A stretch of DNA of 64,000 nucleotides from an uncultured SAR116 cluster alpha proteobacterium (GTDB lineage Bacteria > Pseudomonadota > Alphaproteobacteria > Puniceispirillales > Marisalimonadaceae). The notes under the pieces are model-generated. The model was not told the DNA's origin. It did no database searches and worked only from the letters and a program-made list of their open reading frames with translations. The DNA lies in contig CACBMD010000003.1 in assembly GCA_902539895.1 (NCBI GenBank), forward strand, positions 8,015 to 72,014, in the 5' to 3' direction. Below, piece after piece: positions 29,386 through 38,655 of this stretch (position 1 is its first letter; every line of letters begins with the position of its first letter). A program made the position numbers and the translations under genes.

Positions 29386-30396
29386 TTAACATCTTTTATT
29401 TAATTGACTCAATAATATTTTATTAGATATTGATTTATTATTTATAACTAATTTATCTAAATAAAGTTTATTATTTTCAATTAAGTACTGACCTTGAATT
29501 TTTTTAAGTTTAGATTTATTACTTTTAGATATTTTTGATAAATACCCAATAATATAAGCATCAGTACTTTTATCAAAAATTCTTAAATGACGTCCCTTTT
29601 CATTATTAAGGTATTTTGTACTTATTTGTTTAATAATAGTATTTTCTTTATTTGAATAAACATTATTAGGCATCCTTACTATAGTAGAATATTTTTCTGT
29701 AAATTCATTTCTCTTAATTAAACCATTAATGCCAAATATCTGATTTTTCTTATTTAATAAAACAGTCTGACTGAATAAACATTCATTAAGAATTTTATAA
29801 ATTTTATCATGAGTTTTAGTTTTTAAAGGCCATCTAAATTCAATAATAAAATCATCTTTTATATTTTCTAAAATATTTTTGCCATCATCTATTAATTTAG
29901 ATTTATCAAATTTTATTAATTCTTTATTATTTTCATTTGCTTCAAACTTATCCTCATTAATTCTTAAAGAAGTTTTTTTAATAGGTTTTATTGATATAGA
30001 TTTAATTTTGTTTTCTAAGGCAACAGGTTGCAAGATTGAAAGATTATTTTGTTTTTGATTTAAATTTTGAGCTCTTAAATTATTATAATCGATAGGATTT
30101 ATTTTTACACTCTGAAGATCTTTATTTTTAAGAACATTTTTTAAAGGCGATAACTTTAAATTTTTCTTATTTTCAAAACTAAGATTTCTTTTTTCCAACT
30201 CTGGAAGAGTGACTTCTTTAATTATTAGATCATTTTTAAAGTTTACCGTCATTACGTTATTTGAGACTTTATTTTTCTTTTCTATTTCTACCTTTTTTTT
30301 AAAAAACGGTTGGATTGAGTTTAAAATAATATAAGTAACAAATATAATTGATGCAGCTATATTAAAATATATAGTGGTTTGGTTAATACTTATCAT
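29386..30396 (-). CDS. N-terminally anchored protein with K/N-rich linker and C-terminal domain (TonB/TolA-like topology)
   Basis: Single N-terminal TM, low-complexity middle; directly downstream of the ExbB-like gene and its neighbour. Confidence 0.55.
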   Translation of the reverse strand: MISINQTTIYFNIAASIIFVTYIILNSIQPFFKKKVEIEKKNKVSNNVMTVNFKNDLIIKEVTLPELEKRNLSFENKKNLKLSPLKNVLKNKDLQSVKINPIDYNNLRAQNLNQKQNNLSILQPVALENKIKSISIKPIKKTSLRINEDKFEANENNKELIKFDKSKLIDDGKNILENIKDDFIIEFRWPLKTKTHDKIYKILNECLFSQTVLLNKKNQIFGINGLIKRNEFTEKYSTIVRMPNNVYSNKENTIIKQISTKYLNNEKGRHLRIFDKSTDAYIIGYLSKISKSNKSKLKKIQGQYLIENNKLYLDKLVINNKSISNKILLSQLNKRC

Positions 30397-30947
30397 TATT
30401 TCAATGTGGTAATGTGAAGTAATTCCATATCAATAATCAAGTCAGCGAGTGCATTCTCCCTTTCATGTAGTGACATGAATTTTTTATTAGAAACTTCAAC
30501 TTTCTGGTTTATCTTTTCTTTTTCATAATCTTTACCATCATCAATTTTAACTTTTTCTGTAAATGATTTCTTATTTTTAGCTTCTAGAATGTCGTTTATA
30601 ATTTTTTTAATCTCATTATCTTTTGGTTTTTGTTCTTTTTCTTCTTTGATATCTAATTTAGCTATTTTTGAGTTTTCTTGAACCTTAACTTGATTTTTAT
30701 CTTGATTTAGATTTTTGTTGTTATTTCTTTTTTTAATTTCATCAGAAGTTTTTTTAATTTGATTATCCTCTATTAATTTATTACTTGATGTGGCTTTTTT
30801 AATGGTTTTAACTACTTCTTCTTTAGAAAGATTACTTATTTTATCTTTTGTATTTGAAAACCATTGATTAAAATTTTCATTGGGTTTAGAGGTTAATAAA
30901 TAACCAAGAGAACATAAAACAATTACGTTAAATATTAAAAATTTCAT
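30396..30947 (-). CDS. N-terminally anchored Lys/Glu-rich hypothetical protein
   Basis: N-terminal TM, charged linker, C-terminal FMSLHERENALADLIIDMEL helix. Confidence 0.6.
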   Translation of the reverse strand: MKFLIFNVIVLCSLGYLLTSKPNENFNQWFSNTKDKISNLSKEEVVKTIKKATSSNKLIEDNQIKKTSDEIKKRNNNKNLNQDKNQVKVQENSKIAKLDIKEEKEQKPKDNEIKKIINDILEAKNKKSFTEKVKIDDGKDYEKEKINQKVEVSNKKFMSLHERENALADLIIDMELLHITTLK

Positions 30948-30955
30948 TTTTTCAC

Positions 30956-31483
30956 CTATTTGCTTAATAGTTTTTGAGACGGTTTAAGGGAATGAACTCT
31001 ATAATGTTCATAAATCATAATTAAAATACTTCTTAACAAGCCTGACAAAGGTAAACCTATTACAGAAGTCATAAAAGCCATGCTAAATTGTTGGGTTAAT
31101 TTAGAAATGGTCTGATTGATTGTATCAATATCTAATTTAGATGTTGATAAATCCCCGATGCCAAGGCTAATTCCAAGAAGAGTGTAAGTCAAAGCTAAGG
31201 TTGAAATCAAATTAGATACTTGCAAACCTGTTTCAAACCAAAACTTTCTTCTTCTATTTTCACAATTATTAATATTTATAATACTTATTATAGCTATTAA
31301 AGTTAGGAAAGTTGTTATAATTAAAAAGCTATAGCCTAATGTCGACACCAACCATTCAAATATGAAAGAAGGGTTAGTATTTGAATAACCTACATATAAA
31401 AATAGTATTAAAACTATACCACCTAAAAATATACTTATGGCTTGAGAAGATTGGTTAAAGCCAATTAATAAATAATTAATCAT
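30956..31483 (-). CDS. Divergent MotA/TolQ/ExbB-family ion-channel subunit
   Basis: TLALTYTLLGISLGIG and FSMAFMTSVIGL match the last two TMs of the family, including the conserved Thr residues. Confidence 0.7.
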   Translation of the reverse strand: MINYLLIGFNQSSQAISIFLGGIVLILFLYVGYSNTNPSFIFEWLVSTLGYSFLIITTFLTLIAIISIININNCENRRRKFWFETGLQVSNLISTLALTYTLLGISLGIGDLSTSKLDIDTINQTISKLTQQFSMAFMTSVIGLPLSGLLRSILIMIYEHYRVHSLKPSQKLLSK

Positions 31484-31863
31484 CTTCTAGATACCCTAGT
31501 ACTCATTATATTATCTGTTGTTAAACCCATTTTTTCAAACCATGTAATTGATAATGGTTTATTTCTTTCAAATGAATTATGAACCAAGAAAGTTAAATCA
31601 AAATCCTCAAAAGCCCTTATTGTATGGGTATCTGGATTTTTGTTTATTTGTTTGTTATTTATTGTCATTCTTTCTAAATCTAATAATTTCATTTTTGATT
31701 TTTCTAATTTTTTCTTTCTTACTGCTATTGAAATTGTCTTATCTAAAACGAGATTTAATGTCTTTGCTCTTTCTCTTTCAAGAGGCCCAATTGGGCTTGC
31801 ATTAGCATATGAGGAAGCAACAAATGAAATTAATAAAGTTATTTTGGCTATTGATTTATACAT
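31480..31863 (-). CDS. Small exported hypothetical protein
   Basis: Start moved to 31863 (MYKSIAK...SYANA signal peptide). Confidence 0.65.
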   Translation of the reverse strand: MYKSIAKITLLISFVASSYANASPIGPLERERAKTLNLVLDKTISIAVRKKKLEKSKMKLLDLERMTINNKQINKNPDTHTIRAFEDFDLTFLVHNSFERNKPLSITWFEKMGLTTDNIMSTRVSRR

Positions 31864-31876
31864 TTTTTTTCCTTTC

Positions 31877-32749
31877 TTATAATTTTGTAAACATATCAAT
31901 TACGTTTTCTGGATCATTATAATTTTCACCTGAGGTAAAAGTTCCATCTAAATTTTGTTTTATACTAGAGACGTTCTCCGCCAAATTCATGGCATCTAGA
32001 ACCACAATTTTGGCCATATAACTCATAATCTGCTCTTTCATTTCTAAAACAGCAATTTCCGTTTCGATGTTGTATATATAATTGGCAATCGTATCTAATT
32101 TGTTATCAGAGTTATTTGAAAGTACACTCTTTTCATTCATTGGGTGATTTTTTATCGCTATTTTAAGTTTTTCTATTGCATTTTTGTTAGTTTCATATTG
32201 CTTAAAATATTTACTTCTTTCGTTAATATTTAAAGATGTTTTCTCTATAATTTTTAAATCAAGTCTCTGCGCCCTTTCTAGAGCTTTACTTTTATTATTC
32301 AAAAAAGCACTTTGATTTGTCTTATTTTTATTATTGTATTTGATATTATTTTTTATTTTTTCAAAGAAAGCTTTTTTAGTCTCAAGTTTCTGTTTCTTCA
32401 TGATGATCAGGTTATTCATGTCCTTAATATAATCTCGTTTATTAAGAATGATCTGGTGTTTGATTTCTAAAGTTTCATCTTTTGAGGCGTTAGGTAAGAA
32501 AGAATTAAGTTCATTGATTTTATCAATTTTACTTTTTATTTTATTATCTGTATCTCTCAAATTTAAGGCTAATTCAGAAGTTTTAAAATCATTATTTAAA
32601 ACTTTATTCAAATGCTGAGGTGGCAAAACAAACATTTTCTCAACAATTTGAGGTTTCCAGTCCCATCCACTTACATTAGCTAATGCTGGAAATGATCCAA
32701 ATAAAGCTGGGGTGAAAATCAAAAGTAATTTTATAGTATCATTTTTCAT
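31877..32749 (-). CDS. Exported coiled-coil hypothetical protein
   Basis: Signal peptide; long heptad-like helices. Confidence 0.65.
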   Translation of the reverse strand: MKNDTIKLLLIFTPALFGSFPALANVSGWDWKPQIVEKMFVLPPQHLNKVLNNDFKTSELALNLRDTDNKIKSKIDKINELNSFLPNASKDETLEIKHQIILNKRDYIKDMNNLIIMKKQKLETKKAFFEKIKNNIKYNNKNKTNQSAFLNNKSKALERAQRLDLKIIEKTSLNINERSKYFKQYETNKNAIEKLKIAIKNHPMNEKSVLSNNSDNKLDTIANYIYNIETEIAVLEMKEQIMSYMAKIVVLDAMNLAENVSSIKQNLDGTFTSGENYNDPENVIDMFTKL

Positions 32750-32761
32750 TTTTAGTTCCTC

Positions 32762-33313
32762 TTAGTTTTTAGACCAATAATTAATACGTTTTAACTCAGA
32801 TCTAATAACTCGATTATTATTTGTAAGAGCAAATTTCCCTGAAATTGTGGGAGCACTATGATTTAGGATTGTCTCAATATTCTCAATAAAACTTGAGCCA
32901 TCTGTATAAATTAAATCTTTTTCAAAAGTATTTTTGTAATCTTTTAGATTTAATGACGCCTGAATTAAATTGCCTGCCTTAATGTAGTTTTGAATACTAA
33001 GTGCAATGTTCTGCATCCTTTCAACCTCGTTGATCATGTATGGATTGCCTTTAATCAGCAAATCACAATCACTTAAAATTTTGGCACTTTTATTATATAA
33101 ACTATCTGCTTCTTCATTCTTAGTGGCAGCAATCCTGTCAAAATTTCTTCCATCTTCAATGCAGCTAGTATAGTTTCTTATATCATTACTAAGTTTTACA
33201 TCTTGTAATTTTGTTTCTATAAAAGCGCTCTGTTGATTATCGATAATATTACAACTCATGAGAGATAAACTTGTAATACCTACCAATAAAAAATTTTTAT
33301 AAATATTTTTCAT
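32762..33313 (-). CDS. Lipoprotein of unknown function
   Basis: Lipobox LMSC after a hydrophobic stretch. Confidence 0.7.
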   Translation of the reverse strand: MKNIYKNFLLVGITSLSLMSCNIIDNQQSAFIETKLQDVKLSNDIRNYTSCIEDGRNFDRIAATKNEEADSLYNKSAKILSDCDLLIKGNPYMINEVERMQNIALSIQNYIKAGNLIQASLNLKDYKNTFEKDLIYTDGSSFIENIETILNHSAPTISGKFALTNNNRVIRSELKRINYWSKN

Positions 33314-33332
33314 ATTTCAATTCCTATTCTGA

Positions 33333-33800
33333 TTAGTTTAAATAAATAATGTCGTGCACAGAGTATGGCGTAGAAGATTGAATATTGATTATTCCTCTTT
33401 TTGTCCTAACTCTAAGATTATAATGAGAAAATTGATTAACTCTTTTATTTCTATAGAAGGTCTTCTCTTGACATGTCTCTGAGGAATAATTGGATGAGTT
33501 ATCAATTGCCATCATTGACCCAAATAAGGCGCCAATAGTGCCTGCTCCATGAACATCGCTTAATTTATTACCGATAACACTGCCTATTAATCCTCCAACT
33601 GCTATGTTGGCAAAGTTATTGGGATTTCTATGTCTGAATTTTTCACATACAACCCTAGTATATGGCTCTTGGTGATTAGATGTAATATTTACCGGATTTA
33701 CATCAATAACAACACCCCATCTAGATTTAAATTGTCCAGCAAGGGATAAACTTGCATTAGAAAATATGATTGTTAAAGTAATAATTATTAATTTTTTCAT
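33333..33800 (-). CDS. Glycine-zipper 2TM domain exported protein
   Basis: IAVGGLIGSVIGNKL...AGTIGALFGS. Confidence 0.78.
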   Translation of the reverse strand: MKKLIIITLTIIFSNASLSLAGQFKSRWGVVIDVNPVNITSNHQEPYTRVVCEKFRHRNPNNFANIAVGGLIGSVIGNKLSDVHGAGTIGALFGSMMAIDNSSNYSSETCQEKTFYRNKRVNQFSHYNLRVRTKRGIINIQSSTPYSVHDIIYLN

Positions 33801-33833
33801 TGTTAATCTCTTTATTAGTTTTTATTAATCTTG

Positions 33834-33858
33834 TTATGGAAATTTTTGTAAGATTTTT
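33834..33858 (-). promoter_or_regulatory. Shared promoter-like motif AAAAA-N14-CCATAA, copy 3
   Basis: 33 nt upstream of the ATG at 33800. Confidence 0.42.
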
Positions 33859-33874
33859 GTTTGGTTTAAAAATA

Positions 33875-34789
33875 ATGAATAAATTTTTTTATTTTTTATT
33901 ATTAATTTTTTTATGTTTTCAAATGAGTATTGCTCAAGCTTATGAAGGTAATAAAAAAATTGAGAGCTTTTCAAAATCCAAAAATTTTTTAAAGAATATC
34001 CACCAAGAAAATCCAGTAACTTTCTATTGGCAATGTACATATAATTTTAATTAACCAAATTGGGAAAGCTGGTTTTCGTCCTAGAAAAGATAAAAAAGGG
34101 CTACTAGAATTGAATGGGAACATATTTTACCAGCATCACATTTTGGTATAAAATATGATACCTGGAAAAATAAACACCCTGATTGTATTAACACTAAAGG
34201 GAAAAAGTTTATAGGTAGAAAATGTACTGAAAAGGTTCATAAATTATATAGATTTATGCAAGCTGACCTATATAACCTTCAACCAGCTATTGGTTAAGTT
34301 AATGGATTAAGGAGTAATTACCAAATTGGAGAGATCGACGGAGAAGTTAGAGAATTTGGTAAATGTGATATAGAGATAAAAAATAAAAAAGTTGAACCTG
34401 CTCCTAAAATACGTGGTGATATAGCAAGAACATATTTATATATGGAATATGCTTATCCAAAATATGTAATTTTTAACCAAAATTTAAAAATTCTTATTAA
34501 AAAATGGGATGAAACTGACCCAGTCGATGAATGGGAATGCTTTAGAGCAGAGAAAATTAAAAAAATTCAAAGTAATGTAAATAAAATTTTAAATAAAAGA
34601 TGCCAAAATCAAAATAAGTTAAATGTTAGTAATTCAAATCTTAATGAAATGCAAAATACAACAATAATTTATAAAAATAATATTCAGTCAGACGATTTAA
34701 TAAAACAAAATAATGTTATTAAACAGAATTCTTATATTAGTAATAAAGGGTCATTTAAAGGCAAAGGATCTGATGATGCGTTAAAATAA
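33875..34789 (+). pseudogene. endA: Endonuclease I (EndA/Dns/Vvn family) pseudogene
   Basis: Signal peptide, SFSKSK, RIEWEHILPASHFG, ADLYNLQPAIG*VNGLRSNY, RGDIARTYLYM, DPVDEWEC; stops at 34052 and 34295 plus compensating frameshifts at ~34070 and ~34095. Confidence 0.88.
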
Positions 34790-34870
34790 AAATTACCCTT
34801 ATATTTGAAAGTGGGTAGTTACTGAAAAAACTTCACTCAAGAGTTAAAAAAAAGATATGAATCAATTAAT

Positions 34871-35686
34871 TCACCATTGATTTGCAAATTCACTTGAGTA
34901 TTGAAACTTTTTTATTGGAGTACCTTCACCTCTAGGAATTTCTGCAATTGGGTTATGTTTGAATGCATCAACACCTCTGGCTAGCTGTGTTTCAAAATGT
35001 GGCCAGATTGACAAATCTGCTTTCACGTTCACAGGCGCAAATCTCATAGTTATTCCACAGCGCCTTCTGTCAGAATGATTTGCTTCAGAACCATGAAGCA
35101 AACCATCATCATGTAGTGAAATCTCACCTGCCTTTAAATTCAATGAAATTATGTCATCTTTCTTGATTTGATCATAAGAGACCTCTTGATCAAGCACTAA
35201 ATTACTAGCCTTGTTAGTATGGTGTTTAAACATTCCTTGTTTGTGACTACCTTTTACAACCTTCATAGCAGCATTTTCTTCATCGGTATCGTATAATGCC
35301 AACCAAACAGTTACTGATTTAGCTGGCGATAATGGCCAATATTGAGCATCTTGATGCCAAGGGACTACTGAACCATCTTTTGGTTCTTTTAAAAAAAATT
35401 GGCCTCCCCATTGAAAAAAATTTGGACCCAATAGATCTTCTACATAATCAAGAATTGCTGGTGTTCTGCATAAATTATGAAATTTTAAACTTGCTTTGTG
35501 CCACATATTTGTTTGATTGATGTCAATATTACTGCTTAATCGAGAACTTAAAGAAACAAATAAATCGTTTAAATCACCCTTTGCTTCTTCATGAAAAACT
35601 GGTAAACCAGTCAAATACCCGTCTTTTAAATATTTGTCCTTCTCTTTGTTTGTTAGTCTTCTTACTTCGTTAGAAATCTTAAACAT
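34871..35686 (-). CDS. Phytanoyl-CoA dioxygenase (PhyH) family
   Basis: WHQDAQYWP, HGSEAN.S.RRR. Confidence 0.9.
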   Translation of the reverse strand: MFKISNEVRRLTNKEKDKYLKDGYLTGLPVFHEEAKGDLNDLFVSLSSRLSSNIDINQTNMWHKASLKFHNLCRTPAILDYVEDLLGPNFFQWGGQFFLKEPKDGSVVPWHQDAQYWPLSPAKSVTVWLALYDTDEENAAMKVVKGSHKQGMFKHHTNKASNLVLDQEVSYDQIKKDDIISLNLKAGEISLHDDGLLHGSEANHSDRRRCGITMRFAPVNVKADLSIWPHFETQLARGVDAFKHNPIAEIPRGEGTPIKKFQYSSEFANQW

Positions 35687-35710
35687 AAAAACCTCATATT
35701 AATGATAATT

Positions 35711-36895
35711 TTATAACACTTCAAATAAACCAGCTGCGCCTTGTCCTCCTCCAATACACATTGTAACCACAGCATATTTAATTTTTCTTCTTTTGCCTTC
35801 CATTAATGCATGGCCAACTAACCTTGCCCCACTCATTCCATATGGATGACCAATAGATATGGAGCCTCCATTAACATTTAAGTTTTCATTTGGAATTCCT
35901 AATTTATCTCTACAATAAATTACCTGAACTGCAAAAGCTTCATTTAACTCCCATAATCCAATATCATCCATTGTTAAATTATTTTGTTTTAAAAGTTTTG
36001 GTATAGCATAAACAGGACCTATACCCATTTCATCAGGTTCACAACCAGCAACAGCTACTCCGTGACAAATGCCAATAGGGTTTAAGTTTCTCTTCTCTGC
36101 GAGTTTCATAGACATCAATACAGATGATGATGAGCCATCGGACAGTTGACTTGCATTTCCTGCAGTTATAAATGAGTTTTCACCCATTACTGGTTTTAAA
36201 TTTCTTAAGCCCTCAATATCAGTGCTTGGTCTATTACATTCATCTTTAGTAATTTCTACTTCTTCATAAGATGTTTGGTTGTTTTCTATATTTTTTAATG
36301 CTTTGGTTGTTTTGACAGGTATAATTTCGTCATTAAAATAACCATTGTTCTGAGCATTATATGTTCTTTGTTGACTTTGTAATGCGTATTCATCTTGTAG
36401 TTCTCTACTAATATTGTATCGTTTAGCTACAACTTCAGCAGTATCAATCATACTCATGTATATGTCAGGCTTATTTTTTACTAGTAACTTATCTTGAGAT
36501 TTATATTTATTTGAAAATTCATTTTGAACAAGTGAAATTGATTCAACTCCTCCACTAACGACAATATCCATTTCTTTGCACGCTATCTGTTTTGCACCTA
36601 TTGCAATAGCCATAAGTCCCGAAGCACATTGTCTATCAACACTCATACCCGGAACATGAACTGGCAAGCCAGATGAAACAGATGAAAGCCTTCCTATATT
36701 ATATCCTTGACTTCCCTGCTGAACAGCAGCTCCTAAAATCACATCTTCTATTTCAGAAGGATCTAAGTCAGCTTTTTCTATTGATGCTTTTATAGAAAAA
36801 CTAGCTAATGTTGGAGCGTCTGTATCATTAAATGCACCCCTATACGCTTTTCCAATAGGTGTTCTAGCAGTTGATAAAATTACAGCTTGATCCAT
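35711..36895 (-). CDS. Acetyl-CoA C-acyltransferase (thiolase)
   Basis: [23 protein letters not shown]. Confidence 0.95.
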   Translation of the reverse strand: MDQAVILSTARTPIGKAYRGAFNDTDAPTLASFSIKASIEKADLDPSEIEDVILGAAVQQGSQGYNIGRLSSVSSGLPVHVPGMSVDRQCASGLMAIAIGAKQIACKEMDIVVSGGVESISLVQNEFSNKYKSQDKLLVKNKPDIYMSMIDTAEVVAKRYNISRELQDEYALQSQQRTYNAQNNGYFNDEIIPVKTTKALKNIENNQTSYEEVEITKDECNRPSTDIEGLRNLKPVMGENSFITAGNASQLSDGSSSSVLMSMKLAEKRNLNPIGICHGVAVAGCEPDEMGIGPVYAIPKLLKQNNLTMDDIGLWELNEAFAVQVIYCRDKLGIPNENLNVNGGSISIGHPYGMSGARLVGHALMEGKRRKIKYAVVTMCIGGGQGAAGLFEVL

Positions 36896-36917
36896 AATAT
36901 CCTCTTCTTGTTATCTG

Positions 36918-37691
36918 TTAAATATATGTTAGGCTATTTTTTCCAGAAATATCTCTGCCTCTCATATGATATATTTTTCTATCTTGATATTTGCTAGCAT
37001 TTAATTTTGAAAATAAATTTTTATCTTTTACCATTTGATGGTCAAAAACACTTGATGTTGGCATAAAGCGCATTGTAATAGCTCTCCTTGCCATTGAAGA
37101 ATTGTTTGCTTCAGATCCGTGCACTAAATAAACATCATGTAATGAAATCTGTCCTCTTTTAAGTATCAAATTGACTGCATCTTTTTCATTATATTCACTT
37201 TCATCAAGTTCCTGATTTAAAGTTAAATTTTTTTTATCATTAATATTATGACTTTTAAGTTTTTTCTCTTTATGTGAACCTCTAATAAAACGCAAACATC
37301 CATTTTCAACATTTGCGTCGTCAATTGCCAACCATACAGTACACGTTGCTAGAGGTCTTATGGGCCAATATTGTCCGTCTTGATGCCATGGAGTTGCATG
37401 ACCGTTGATTGCAGGCTTGGCGAAAAAACTTGAATTCCATAAAGCAAAATCAGAACCTAAAATTTGTTCAACATAATTCAAAATAATCTCATTTTTGCAA
37501 AATTCTAAAAAACTTTCATCATAATGTAAGATTGCAGGACAATAATTTTTAAATTCTGGATGTTTTTTTAATAATTCATCATGTCTTTCTTCAATTTTTT
37601 TAAGTGTATCCTCAGGCATTTTGAAGTCAGGGACAACATAACCATCATTCTCGTATTGCTCTATTTGTAATTTGGACAACAATTTATTCAC
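36918..37691 (-). CDS. PhyH family dioxygenase
   Basis: WHQDGQYWP, HGSEAN. Confidence 0.9.
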   Translation of the reverse strand: MNKLLSKLQIEQYENDGYVVPDFKMPEDTLKKIEERHDELLKKHPEFKNYCPAILHYDESFLEFCKNEIILNYVEQILGSDFALWNSSFFAKPAINGHATPWHQDGQYWPIRPLATCTVWLAIDDANVENGCLRFIRGSHKEKKLKSHNINDKKNLTLNQELDESEYNEKDAVNLILKRGQISLHDVYLVHGSEANNSSMARRAITMRFMPTSSVFDHQMVKDKNLFSKLNASKYQDRKIYHMRGRDISGKNSLTYI

Positions 37692-37730
37692 CTCACGCTA
37701 GCTAAATTATTTTCAAATATAAAATACTAT

Positions 37731-38579
37731 TTAAAAAACCTGTTCACCTTCAAGCATTACTCTATGCATTACTCTTAACTGACTTGTATCATAATCTGAA
37801 TTCGCTTTATGCATAGTGCATCGATTATCCCAAATAACTAAATCACCTTTTTCATAATTATGACTATATTGATATTTTTCTTGAAATGAAAATTCATATA
37901 ACTCATCTAACAAAACATCACTCTCTATTTCATTTAATCCTTCAATGTAATCTATCCTATTTGGATTAATATAAATTGATTTTTTATTAGACATAGGATG
38001 TGTTCTAATTAGTGGATGATCAACAGGAGGAGTTTCTAGCTCTTGTTCTTTTGACAGCTTAGCAACTTTTGAAACATTCCGTCTACTTTGCCATTTATGG
38101 ATCGCCCGAGAAGTTAATAATTTATTTTTTATTTTTGAAGGAAGATCATCATAAACAGAGTAACAATTTATAAAATCTGTTCCACCTCCGTTTTCTGGAA
38201 GAATTTCTGGATATATAAATGTTAAAGTTGCAGGTTTATCTCTATAAGAATCATCAGTATGCCAATGACTTGCATATACTGCAGGTTTGTTGTCTTTAGT
38301 TCTATTCGTCACAACTATTACCTCAGGAATATTTTCAATAGTTTCGTCTTTAACAAAATATTTTTTTGGAGTTCCAAATATCTTTGAAATCTCGACCAAT
38401 TTATTAGCACTAAGATTTTGATTTTTTATGCATATAACTAAATGATCAGTTATTGCTTTGATTAATTTCTGCTTATCCTCATTACTTAATTTATTATTCA
38501 AATCTAAGCCAGTTATTTCAGCTCCCATTACATTTGAAAGTGATTTGATTTTAAAATCTGCCATGACACCCCCTGTCAT
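37731..38579 (-). CDS. TauD/TfdA family dioxygenase
   Basis: WHTDDS, HPLIRTHP, WDNRCTMH. Confidence 0.92.
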   Translation of the reverse strand: MTGGVMADFKIKSLSNVMGAEITGLDLNNKLSNEDKQKLIKAITDHLVICIKNQNLSANKLVEISKIFGTPKKYFVKDETIENIPEVIVVTNRTKDNKPAVYASHWHTDDSYRDKPATLTFIYPEILPENGGGTDFINCYSVYDDLPSKIKNKLLTSRAIHKWQSRRNVSKVAKLSKEQELETPPVDHPLIRTHPMSNKKSIYINPNRIDYIEGLNEIESDVLLDELYEFSFQEKYQYSHNYEKGDLVIWDNRCTMHKANSDYDTSQLRVMHRVMLEGEQVF

Positions 38580-38655
38580 AAAAAATTATAAATTTATGCT
38601 AATAAATAAATAAAAAATTACAAGAAGCTTAATACTAAAAGAATATAAAAAAATT

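Noticed and set aside
30956-31483. Zorya anti-phage system (ZorA-like AFxTS motif)
   Set aside because: No long ZorA cytoplasmic tail, no adjacent OmpA-domain ZorB, and no ZorC/D/E-like gene recognisable.
33800-34789. Two separate genes 33800..34054 and 34442..34789
   Set aside because: Both are fragments of a single endA pseudogene starting at 33875.
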